From Octopus sinensis (Eukaryota): 64,000 bases of DNA. This document shows, piece by piece, positions 1 to 11,450 of this stretch. The position numbers were made by a program, and so were the translations under genes. The stretch's first letter is position 1; each line of letters opens with the position of its first letter. The notes under the pieces were generated by a model. The model was given only the letters and a program-made list of their open reading frames with translations, ran no database searches and was not told the DNA's origin. Location of the stretch: contig NC_042998.1 of the NCBI RefSeq assembly GCF_006345805.1, positions 9,672,001 to 9,736,000 on the forward strand. The letters run 5' to 3'.

Positions 1-719
1 TAGTTCATGAAATTCAAAAAACTGCATTATTTATGTGATGACCTAACAATGTATTTCAAATTTTGGCACAAGACCAGCAATTCTGGGGGAGGGTAATTCG
101 ATTATATCAACTCTTGGTTGAATTTGAACTCAGAATGTGAAGAGGAATGAAATGCCACTGAGCATTTTGCCTGGTGTGCTAATGATTCTGTCAACACACT
201 GACTTCATTTACATAATATATTAAAAAACATAAACCCTCAATGTGCTTCTAGTCCTGAATCTTGTTATTTAGTATTAAAGCTAAAACAAAAAAAAGCAAA
301 CAAATTGAAGAAGGAATTTTGTATGATTTAAATTCCTAATGAAATTATTACTTAACTTAATCCTGATTATATCTCTAGCTCCACAACACAAATTCAATAT
401 CCTTCACAAATTATTCATTTCCAATAGTTTTCTTATAGTCCACCAGTTCACATTTTTTACCCAACACACTCCTTCTGTAGTTCTAAGACTGTTCTTCCAC
501 ACCTTGCTGTACGATGAAGCTACATTTTATAGTTTAACCATTGTTAATACTATTTTGCATCAGCTTTTCTATGATCCTTCATAACACATTTTTTCTGCCT
601 TAATTAAAATAGGTAGGGCAGCACCTGTAACCTTTTTCAGTGTCCCCAAGACTAGGAGATGGAAAGGGAAGAAGAAATCACTGCTCATAGTTTATCCTCT
701 GACCTGAAACCTAGTTTAA

Positions 720-941
720 CCCTTTAGTGCTCACATTATTCTGCCAAAATTAATCCCTTTCTTATCCACATTGTTTTGAACTAATCCTGCATTATCTTGT
801 AGCTATGAGATTTTGATGAGGTAGCTGTTAATTTTTAAAACGATATTGTAGGGTTGGTGTAAGAGACCAGATCTGGCCAGTTTGAACATAAAACAGGCAG
901 AATACTTTCGGCCAGATATGGCCAGTTTAAATACTAAAGGG
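720..941. mobile_element. piggyBac-type MITE
   Basis: TTAA|CCCTTTAGT ... ACTAAAGGG|TTAA. Confidence 0.75.
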
Positions 942-2084
942 TTAAATATCTGTAAATGGGTGGATGCAGCCAAAGGCCTCCCAATCGCTAGGTGACAGCA
1001 TTAAACCAAGCAAGGGGTCAAGTGGGTATGAAATATTTTGGCACAGTTGTTTTGGCGCCACCTCTTTAGCATCGCTGACTTGATGGAGACTTGACATCAG
1101 ACATTTCATTGTTCTCTCGTTTTCACCATTACCACACTCTCTCCTTTATGAATATGAGCATATTTCTCTTATTGTTGTGTATGAGGAGAGGGAAGGTGTT
1201 TATACCAATTGCATTCAATTAAATAAATTGCTCTCTCTATCCTTCCCTCTCTGATTTACTCTTATCTTTTCATTTTTTTTCATTTTTTTTTTGAAAAAAC
1301 TTTATCATGAATAAAAAGAGAAAATATTTACATTTTTTTTATCAAAATATACCATTAGTTTCAATTGCCTAAAAAAAATTTAATAAGAAAGTGAAAACCA
1401 AATTGAGTAAAATTAAATTAATCATAGCAGTTTTTTGAAAGTTCATGTATATTTTTTTTTTCTTTAACGGTATCAAACCGGCGGCAGGATGTTCTTTCTG
1501 TTTTGTTGTAAAGGCACAGTTTCCGATTAATTATTTACCGCTGCCACCATGTTATGTGTTATTTCATTCTAATGGGATAGACAACCAATATGAAAGCCAC
1601 TGTTATTGTTTTACGTGTTTATTTACTTTTCATGTCACACAAACTGGCCACATTCAGCACAGCGACACCTATATAACTTTAGACACAGCGGAGTAATACT
1701 TATAAAATAGTGCCAAAAGCGGGGACGCATTCCACACACGCACGCCCACGCACACGCATATATATGAATGTGTAACACTCATTGTATGTGCATATTTCAG
1801 CACACACATGCATGTGTGTGTATGTGTGCTTGCCTGATGTGCCAAAACAGGTTGACTGTCCAGCCAGCCATGCCAAACCATTGGCAGCCAAACAGCTGCA
1901 CCTAATTGTCTCATCCTGTGACTAAGCCTAACACTGAAGAACAAATACAGTCCACCTAACAAAACTTCTGTAGTTATTCTTTACTTGATTTCATCCGTGT
2001 CCTTTATTCTCTGGTAGAAGACAATGGACCAAGGGGCCATTCATTGCAATGGGATTGAACCTGGAATGCTCACAGCAGCCATGT

Positions 2085-2640
2085 TCCTACCGCTCTATGT
2101 CACGCTGGTGAGACCCATATTGGAGTACGGGATTCCTGCCACTTCTCCTTATCTCCTCAAAGACATACATCATCTCGAAAGAGTCCAGAAGCTGGTTACC
2201 CGCATGGTTCATGGTCTCAAGAATTTGTCTTATGAAGAAAGGCTGAAGACGCTCGACCTTTATTCTCTAGAAAAACGACGATGCCGTGGTGATCTCATTC
2301 TCGCCCACAACATTATAAGCGGAAAGTGTAACCTCTCGAAAGAGCTGTTCTTCACTCCTGCTCCAGAGCGTCGGCTGCGGGGTCATTCCGAAAAGCTCTA
2401 CCTGCGACGATTTCATCTCAATTGAAGGAGAGGGGCTTTCTCTGTCCGGGTTGTGGATCCGTGGAATAAGCTGCCGGACGAGATGGTGAAGATGCCAACG
2501 ACCGCTCGGTTCAAAGTCTCCCTTGACCTCAAGTGGCCTGAACTCTTTACCTGAACACCACCCTGTACATAACTCCATGTCCCCCTACATGGCCTTGCTT
2601 TTTGCTTTCTGAGCCAAAAAATTAACTAACTAACTAACAT
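2085..2640 (+). mobile_element. CR1/Jockey-group LINE 3' end
   Basis: LY.TLVRP.LEY, LERVQK, SYEERL..L.LYSLE.RR.RGDLI, RGH..KL, FS.RVV..WNKLP; (TAAC)n tail ~2623-2638. Confidence 0.9.
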
Positions 2641-3490
2641 ATGCACGACAAGCCAACTTCTTGACCATATAGCCAACATTATTTTCTACATCAGCCATGA
2701 CCCTATAGTGTTGTTATACAAGGACATCACTGAGCTAACCATGGTCTAATTAGCTCTGTAAGTAATTAGTTCCAACTATGCATTTCCATGTTTTTAGCAT
2801 TAAGGTAATTATTGATTAACCTGTTATATTTATTTTCCTAACTGACATAACATTTGCTCTAATATTAGTATGTAACATATGGTATAATTATAAATAGGGA
2901 AAATTACAGCCGTTTCTCCACTGACTGGAAAAATGATGAACAACCTTAATCGATTTTAGAACCTTATTGGGTTCTCATCAGAGGCGTTCACATCATTCTG
3001 ACAATCTCCAGAGAAACAAACAGCTGAACTGTTTATATAGGCAACAAATGCAGCAGTTACCATTTTTTTAAATGGACCTTCTTTGGGCCTTAAAAAATAT
3101 AAGCTTCTCTTGACTCACCAATTTTTTTTTAAAAGACTAACAAAATAATGCACATCAAATAAAATCATCAGAATTGAAGACAGTAAAAAATGAAGGTTAG
3201 TTGCTATTGACACTTAGCCTCAAGTGAGCCCTTGTCAAGCAGACCTGTCTATATTGAATTCAAATTTTGGCACAAGGCCAGCAACTTTGGGGGAGGGGTT
3301 AAGTCGATTACATCAACCCTGTTTTTTAACTGGTACTTATTTTATCGACCCTGGAAGGATGAAAGGCAAAGTCAACCTTGGTAGATTTGAACTCAGAATG
3401 TAAAGACATGAAATGCCGCTAAACATTTTGCCAGGTGTTAACAATTTTGTCAGCTTGCCAGTTAGCACCTATCAATATTAAATTGTATTT

Positions 3491-3728
3491 AAGGCGGCGA
3501 GCTGGCAGAATCGTTAGCACGCTGGGCGAAATGCATAGCCGTATTTCGTCTGCTGTTACGTTCTGAGTTCAAATTCCGCCGAGGTCGACTTTGCCTTTCA
3601 TCCTTTCGGGGTCGATAAATTAAGTACCAGTTATGCACTGGGGTCGATGTAATCGACTTAATCCCTTTGTCTGTCCTTGTTTGTCTTCTCTGTGTTTAGC
3701 CCCTTGTGGGTAGTAAAGAAATAGGTAT
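3491..3728 (+). mobile_element. SINE family B (tRNA-like head, GAGGTCGACTTTGCCTTTCATCC body)
   Basis: GAGCTGGCAGAATCGTTAGC head, GAGTTCAAATTCC B-box. Other copies at 45-200(-), 3255-3460(-), 4005-4190(-), 10810-11010(+), 24140-24295(-), 29787-29925(+), 36172-36340(+), 36445-36660(-), 39335-39490(+), 47905-48110(-), 62060-62235(-). Confidence 0.85.
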
Positions 3729-4541
3729 TCAAACCATGATCAACCATTCTTTATTTTTTTTTGTAAGGCGATGTATTTCTGATAACATTATTCAATGAAT
3801 CCTTTTGTAAAGTCTGTGATTTGAGAAAGATTTGGTCATTGATTCCTAGATTGTTAAGCAACCACATAGAGGTTTCCTTGTTGGTTTATAAGGGTTAGTA
3901 AAATAAGAACCAGCAATAACATATATCCTGCCCGTCAAAATCTGCCTTACAGCTGCTCAAAAGAAATCATTTGACACTGGATACAGCAATAATAATAATA
4001 ATAATAATCCTTTCTATTAGGGGCACAAGTCCTGGAACTCAGGGGAGAGGGATAGTTGATTATATCGATCCCAGTATTCAACTAGTAGTTAATTTATCAA
4101 CCCCTAAAGGATGAAAGGCAAAGTCAACTTCAACAGAATTTGAACTCAGAATGTAAGAACAGATGAAATGCTGCTAAGCATTTTGCCCTGTGAAGTATTT
4201 GAATAAAAGGAACAACAGAAATGTTTGTTGAATATACTTGTTGATCTGGAATTGTTATGAACCAAACCTATGAACAAGATCCAATATAAAACAAATACTG
4301 ACTATTACACTAAGTGCTGAAATAGGCATTGTCGTGAGTATACAAACTAAAAACAGCTAAAAGTTTTGCAGTAAAAGTTTTGGTTGGAGGGGGGTTTTTG
4401 GGGTTTTTTTAAATATCAGAGTTCAAACCATGGTGCAAGCAATTTTGTGTTTTCATCAAACCTGGGGAGCATTAAATGAAATAACAGTAGCTGGTCACCA
4501 GTTTTGTAGATCAAAGATTCACATCCAGAACTAAGTAACCT

Positions 4542-5790
4542 ATCATCAACATTTAATGTCCGTTGTCCATGCTGGCATCGATTGGATGGTTTGACCAGGG
4601 CTGGCAAGCTGAGGGGCTGCACCATACTCCTGTCTGATTTGGCATCGTTTCTATGGCTGGATGCCCTTCCAAATGCCAATCACTCTGAGAGTGTAATGAG
4701 TGCTTTTACGTGCCACCAGTATGGGTGCCAGTTGTGTGACACCAGTCTCTGCCACGACTATGATTTCATTTGGCTTGATGGGTCTTCTTCTGAAGCATGG
4801 CATATTGCCAAAGATCTTGGTCATTTGTCATTGTCTCTGTGAGGCCCAACGTTTGAAAGGTGCTTTTTTATGTGCCACCAGCACAGGTGCCATTTACACG
4901 ACATTTGCATCGGACACATTGCTTCCGTGAGGCCCAACATTTGAAAAGTGCTTTTTATGTGCCACCAGCACAGGTGCCATTTACACGACATTTGCATCGG
5001 ACACATTGCTTCCGTGAGGCCCAACATTTGAAAGGTGCTTTTTATGTGCCACCACCATGGGTGCCAGGTATGCAACACCAGCATCAGTCACATTGCCTCT
5101 GTGAGGCCCAACACTCTACAGGTGCTTTTTATGTGCCACCAGCATGGCTTCCAATTACATGATACCGGCATCGGTCACAACTTTGATTTTACTTAGCTTA
5201 TTGGGTCTTCTTAGGTACAGCATATCACCAAAGGTCTCAGTCATTAGTCATTGCCTCCATGAGGCCCAACATTCAAAGATCATGCTTCACCACCATGTCC
5301 CATGTCTTCCTGGGTCTACTTCTTCAACAGGCTCTCTGCATGGTTAGAGATCAGCATTTCTTTACACAGTTGTCCTCGCCCATACATATCCCATGACCAT
5401 ACCAGCACAGTCATCTCTCTTGCACACCACATCTGATACCTTTTAAGCCCAACTTTTCTCTTACACTCTGTCATAAATGCACACTGACATTGCACATCCA
5501 ACAAAGTATATTATCTTTGTTTCTTTCAAGCCTACGCATGTCCTTGGTGGTCACAGTCCATGTTTCACTGCCATGTAGCACAGCTGTTTGCACACAGACA
5601 TCATACAGTTTGCCTTTCACTGATGACGAGGCCCTTTGTTTTCAACAGAGGTAGGAGCTCTCCGAACTTTGCCCAGCCTAATCTTATTCTTCCAGCTACG
5701 CTCTTGGAGCATCCACCTCCACTACTGACTTAGTCACCAAGATAATGAACGCTATCAACTACTTCTAGCTTGCCCCACTGGCAGGTGATG
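4542..5790 (-). mobile_element. decayed RTE 3' portion (ORF2 C-terminus + 3'UTR with 87-bp tandem units)
   Basis: minus strand encodes WAKF.ELLPLL.TKGL, LYD.CV.TA.LHGSETW, GRPRKTW; then the 3'UTR and a (GAT)-type tail; units start 4841, 4929, 5016, 5103. Confidence 0.85.
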
Positions 5791-5793
5791 GAG

Positions 5794-6120
5794 TCATCAT
5801 CATCATCATCGTTTAACATCCGTTTCCCGCGCTAGCACGGGTTGGATGGTTCGACCGGGGTCTGGGAAGCTGAAGGCTGCACCAGGCTCCGGTCTGATCT
5901 GGCAGTGTTTCTACAGCTGGATGCCCTTCCTAACGCCAACCACTCCGTGAGTGTAGTGGGTGCTTTTTACGTGCCACCGGCACGGAAGCCAGTCGAGGCG
6001 GCGCTGGCATTGGCCACGATTCGGATAGTGGTTTTTACGTACCACCAGTCCAGGGGTCCTGGCAACTGCCGGGTGCCAGTCATAGGATTGGTTCAATTTC
6101 GATTCCGATTTCGATTCTTG
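5794..6120 (-). mobile_element. RTE 3'-end-only copy
   Basis: (CAT)n-CGTTTAAC...GGATGCCCTTCCTAACGCCAACCAC block shared with 44880-45039. Confidence 0.88.
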
Positions 6121-6639
6121 TTTCTTTAAATTATAATAATTATTATATATGACCATTTAGTAATTTTGTGCAAGTTTAAAATATTTAAAGGTTTTAACAT
6201 ATTGCATAATATTTCTTTCCCTACCCTTATTTTAATATAACTTTGCTTTGTTTATTCTCACATCTTTTGTAATATTTCTGTGTGTTTCGTTGTTTTAATG
6301 AACTGGCTCTAGTGTAAAAGGAAATATAACGAAACAACTGTTGTTATTATAATAGTAGCTGGACTAAACACTTCAAAAACTAATTACTTTGAGCTAAATT
6401 TTATATTAGAGTTAAAAAGTTGCCACATATTACAGGTAATAAACTAAAATAATTGCTAACGAACAAGCAGGGGTTCAATGAGGTTGCAATATTGTAGGAC
6501 ATAACCTCTGTGAGAAGCATTGCTGAGACCATAAAAAGCAATTTTATCACACATTTGCTGACAGAGAAAAAAAACAAAGTAGCATGAAGTGTAATATATC
6601 CTAATGCATTTAATTGAATAACTGCAAAAACAATATAAG

Positions 6640-7184
6640 AAAAGTACTTAGGTAGTTTTAATCAACAATGAAACAATGGAATGGTTTGAAGCAAGTATTG
6701 GAATTTCAAAGGGCTGCTCATTATCATCAGAACTTTTCAATGTATTTCTCTTGAACAAATAACATGCCCAAGAGAATTTTTGAAGGCACAGGAAAGATTA
6801 GTGGAGGAATGATCACCAATTTATCAAAGACTTACAGGTGACACTGATTTTTCAGCCAATTCCAAAGGTGAATTATTTGATCATGAGAAGACTAGTCATT
6901 GCTCCAAGTAAATATGGTATAGAAATCAATTGTTAAAAAAAAACAGTCAAGTCATAGACACAGAAGAACAATACACAGAAGAAACAATGAAACCGGCTTA
7001 GATACACTTGGAAGTGAATGGAATTTAGTTGAAATCACTGGATGCGTTCATTTAGTCTCTGAGAATGTAACAGCACAATTAGCAAAATTGAATTGGATCT
7101 GGAGCAGTAAGGACATCGCTATGAGTAACAAACTAAGGCTAATGCAAGCTAAAATAACTGCAGTTGCAGTGTGTGGCTGCAAGA
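6640..7184 (+). mobile_element. highly decayed RTE-type RT fragment
   Basis: EWFE.SIG.SKGCSLSSELFNVFL, KYGIEIN, LNWIWSSKDI..SNKLRLMQ resemble RTE RT and C-terminal motifs. Confidence 0.6.
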
Positions 7185-7587
7185 TATTCTCTTTTTTACT
7201 CTTTTACTTGTTTCAGTCATTTGACTGCGGCCATGCTGGAGCACCGCCTTTAATCGAGCAACTCGACCCCGGGACTTATTCTTTTGTAAGCCCAGTACTT
7301 ATTCTATCGGCCTCTTTTGCCGAACCGCTAAGTAACGGCGACATAAACACACCAGCATTGGTTGTCAAGCAATGCTAGGGGGACAAACACAGACACATGC
7401 AGATATATATATACACATATATATGACGGGCTTCTTTCAGTTTCCATCTACCAAATCCACTCACAAGGCTTTGGTCGGCCCGAGGCTATAGTAGAAGACA
7501 CTTGCCCAAGGTGCCATGCAGTGGGACTGAACCCGGAACCACGTGGTTGGTAAGCAAGCTACTTACCACAGAGCCACTCCTGTGCCT
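7185..7587 (-). mobile_element. SINE family A (tRNA-derived head, CORE-like body, internal TA/TG microsatellite, (AAAGAGT)n tail)
   Basis: A-box TGGCTGTGTGG-like, B-box GGTTCAGTCCC, CCTTGGGCAAGT core; ~12 copies in the window. Confidence 0.88.
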
Positions 7588-7771
7588 GATATAGATATAC
7601 TCAAAAAACAATGAGATGAAATTATCAGCATTCAAAGTGAAATGCTATCTCAGAATACTTGGTGTTACAGAGGACTACCAGACCAACAAGTCAATCTTAG
7701 AATTTAAGGCATTGGTTGGGAAGAAAAAAGAAGAAGAAAAACAGAGAAAAATGAGGTAATTCAATCATATC

Positions 7772-8174
7772 CGCAGGAGTGGCTGTGTGGTAAGTAGCTT
7801 GCTAACCAACCACATGGTTCTGGGTTCAGTCCCACTGCGTGGCATCTTGGGCAAGTGTCTTCTGCTATAGCCCCTGGCCGACCAATGCCTTGTGAGTGGA
7901 TTTGGTAGACAGAAACTGAAAGAAGCCTGTCGTATATATGTATATATATATATATGTGTGTGTGTTTGTTTGTCTGTGTTTGTCCCCCTAGCATTGCTTG
8001 ACAACCGATGCTGGTGTGTTTACGTCCCCGTTACTTAGCGGTTCAGCAAAAGAGACCGATAGAATAAGTACTGGGCTTACAAAGAATAAGTCTCGGGGTC
8101 GATTTGCTCGACTAAAGGCGGTGCTCCAGCATGGCCGCAGTCAAATGACTGAAACAAGTAAAAGAGTAAAAGAG
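7772..8174 (+). mobile_element. SINE family A
   Basis: full-length copy. Confidence 0.88.
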
Positions 8175-9674
8175 ATAGAATGATTGGGTGACTTGCAAAT
8201 ACAATCTTGTTTGGAAAAATAGAAGGTAAAAGTGGTTTTGATATGGCTTTTACAGTTAGATGCCCTTCCTAGTGCCAACCACTTTACAGAGTAGACTGGG
8301 TGCTTTTTACATGGCACTGACACCAGTGAGGTCTGTTTTGGCATGGTTTTATGGCCAGAAGCCTTTCTTAATGCTAACCACATTACAGAGTGGACTAGGT
8401 GCTTTTTATGTGGCACCAGCACTGGTGAGGTCAGCTTTGGCATGGTTTTTATGGCTGGGTGACCTTCCAAATGCAGACCGCTTTACAGAGTGGACTGGAT
8501 GCCCTTTACATGGTACCAGTACCAATGAAGCCATCAAGCAACTTGCAAGGCAAAGATTTTTTGAGAGGGGCTGGTATTGAGGAAGGTGGATTTGTGCCAG
8601 GTAATGAGAGGTTAGAGTAAGACAGAGGGTCAGAAACTGGTGTCTTGTCGTAGAGGGGATACATGGTTACCCCTGTAAGAGGAAGAGAAAGAATGAGGAA
8701 GCGAGAGAGAGAATGAGAGAGAGCAAGAGGGATGGTGGTGATGTGCCAGAACACACTCTCAAGGTATGAGGATGTGAATATAGGTGAGATGGAAGAGGAT
8801 TGCCCAAGGGGCATGAATAGGGAGTTTACATGAAAGTAAAAAAGGGAGAGAGAGCAATGCAGTGACTGGTGAAACCTGGGTAGAGGGTTGGGGACAATAG
8901 GATATAAGAAATTGTTGCAAAAGTGGCATTAATATCATATGGCATTTATTTCAAAGTTTTAAATATTCTTTTGTATCAGAAAGAACCATTATTAAGCTAT
9001 TGATAAATTTAAGTATATATTTTATTCAGAACAATATCACATAAACAGATTCATGTCACTATTTAACACAGTTAAATACAAATATATATAGAGAGAGAGA
9101 GAGTGAGAGAGAGAGGGAGGGATGAAGGGGTATACACACACAAATAATTCTGTATATTTTTAACTCATTACAATGTTCTACAACCACCTTTATTTTTTTT
9201 ATTTTTTAGTCAGGAAGGAAGGCAACGCCAATGAAATTTCACAGCACCTCTGAGACAGGTGGGAGGAAGACATCTTCAAACCAGAAACCTACCCTGAAAC
9301 CTTGCAACAGAATAGACTTTACTAAAGGCACCCAAGGTGTCAAGCCACAAACTGGAATGAGTCTACCGACCAAACAGGTCCTGATGGGATTTGAACCCAG
9401 AATGTGAAGAGCAGAAATAAAAACTGCAAGGCAGCATCCATTCCATCATTCTTAGTTTTGCCGATTCCCTGCACAAGTTTGATACATTTTTATCAAGCCT
9501 AAAAGTATGAAAGCAAAGATGACCTTGGCAAAGTCAGAACCCAGGGCATAGAAAGTCATCTCTTTCTACATTTTTCATACACTTTTTGGCCTTATTTACA
9601 ACACATTCTCATTATTTAAAGGGCCACTGTTTGAAAAATCACAATTTTCTTCTCATGGCACAAAAGCTTGTATT

Positions 9675-10110
9675 TCATCATCATCATCATCATTTAGCGT
9701 CCGCTTTCCATGCTGGCATGGGTTGGACGGTTCAACTGGGGTCTGGGAAGCCAGAAGGCTGCACCAGACCCAGTCTGATCTGGCAATGTTTCTACGGCTG
9801 GATGCCCTTCCTAACGTCAACCACACCGTGAGTGTAGTGGGTGCTTTTTACGTGCCACCGGCACAGGGGCCAGATGGGGCTGGCAAACGGCCACGGTTGG
9901 ATGGTGCTTTTTACATGCCACCGGCACGGGGGCCAGGTGAGGCTGGCAACGGCCACAATTGGATGGTACTTTTTATGTGCCACCAGCACGGAGGCCAGTC
10001 GGGGTGGCGCTGGCAACGGCCACAATCGGATGGTTCGCTTACGTGCCACCGGCACTGGTATGACAGCTGCAATTTCCATTGATGTTGATCGACTTCGATT
10101 TTGGTTCTGA
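9675..10110 (-). mobile_element. RTE 3'-end-only copy with 3 UTR units
   Basis: same tail block plus GGTGCTTTTTAYRTGCCACC units. Confidence 0.88.
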
Positions 10111-11067
10111 TTTATTTTGTGCATTTTGTGTTTATTATTTGTATGTAATGTACTGTATTGCAATTTCTGTGTCTTTCTTGCCATTTTGGCAATAAAAATT
10201 ATGACTGATAAAACACATGACTAAGCCCTTATAATACTTAGTTTCAGGCTTCGGGCAGCTGCAGTTAACTATACCTCATCTACTACAAGTTCACAGGCAT
10301 GTGCTTATCTGTATATGAAACCAGAGCAGTGAATGGTGATATGTGTAGAGTGTAAGAGAAAAGGCTTTTATTTAACCATGAGTCATTACGATCTGTTCAA
10401 ACCATAACTCTCCATCCATTGCAAATAAATAACGTAAGTAATGGTCTGCCCTATCCCCCCAAATTTATGGTCAAGTGAAAGGGAATCAGCCGTAGCGTGC
10501 AAGACAAGAGACTGCTTTAGTACAGACAAGTAATGTGTACAGAGAGTGACAGTTGAATAAAGTAGAGCTAATTGATCCAAGTGGAAGGAATTAGCAGAAG
10601 AGGAAGCCCAAAGAATATATGGGACCAAGTGGTGAAAACTGATCTTAACAAGCTGAAACTCACCAAAGAGAAGACAAAGGACTGCAATAAGAAGGAAGAT
10701 ACTACGCTAAAGAAGATCTGTCTAACCTATGCAAGCACGAAAAATGGATGTCAAATGGTTATGTTGATATTCGTAGAGTAAGAAGGGCCATTATTATATC
10801 CCATCTCAAAGCAGTGAGCTGGCAGAATCATTAGTATACCATGCTTAACAGCATTTCGTCCGCCCTTAGGTTCTGAGTTCAAATTCTACCAAGGTTAATT
10901 ATGCCTTTCATCCTTTCGGGGTCAATGAAATTAAGTACAAACTATGCACTGAGATTGATGTAATAGACTAGCCCCCACTTCTAAATTTCAGGCCTTGTGA
11001 CTATAGTAGAAAAAAATTATTATATCCCACCTTTCCTTTCTTTGTTACATAACTTATCTATTGTACA

Positions 11068-11450
11068 GGAGGTGCAATGGCCCAGTGGTTAGAGCAGCAG
11101 ACTCACGGTCGTAGGATCGCGGTTTCGATTCTCAGACTGTGTGTTGTGAGTGTTTATTGAGCAAAAACACCTAAAAAGCTTCACGAGGCTCCGGCAGGGG
11201 ATGGTAGTGATCCCTGCTGTACTCTTTCACCGCAACTTTCTCTCACTCTTACTTCCTGTTTCTGTTGTACCTGTATTTCAAAGGGCTGGCCTTGTCACTC
11301 TCTGTGTCATGCTGAATATCCCCGAGAACTACGTTAAGGGTACACGTGTCTGTGGAATGCTCAGCCACTTACACGTTAATTTCATGAGCAGGCTGTTCCG
11401 TTGATTGGATCAACCGGAACCCTCGTCGTCGTAACCGACGGAGTGCTTCC
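11068..11450 (+). mobile_element. SINE family C (GGAGGTGCAATGGCCCAGTGGTTAG head)
   Basis: A-box TGGCCCAGTGG, B-box GGTTTCGATTC; close copy 14302-14580(+), related copies 13465-13797(-) and 45558-45790(+). Confidence 0.82.

Noticed and set aside
4416-4471. Possible minus-strand terminal exon (RFDENTKLLAPWFEL*)
   Set aside because: Acceptor is plausible but nothing links it to other exons; short enough to be chance
7088-8183. Recurrent MSSNARGTNTDT / MPKMPRSGTEP / MLGGQTQT ORFs (also at 20300, 35619, 49225, 59549, 60853)
   Set aside because: Translations of SINE-A through variable microsatellites; no conserved frame
11068-11145. tRNA gene-like sequence (also the heads of SINE-A and SINE-B)
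   Set aside because: A/B boxes are present but no complete cloverleaf; continues into a SINE body and is multi-copy
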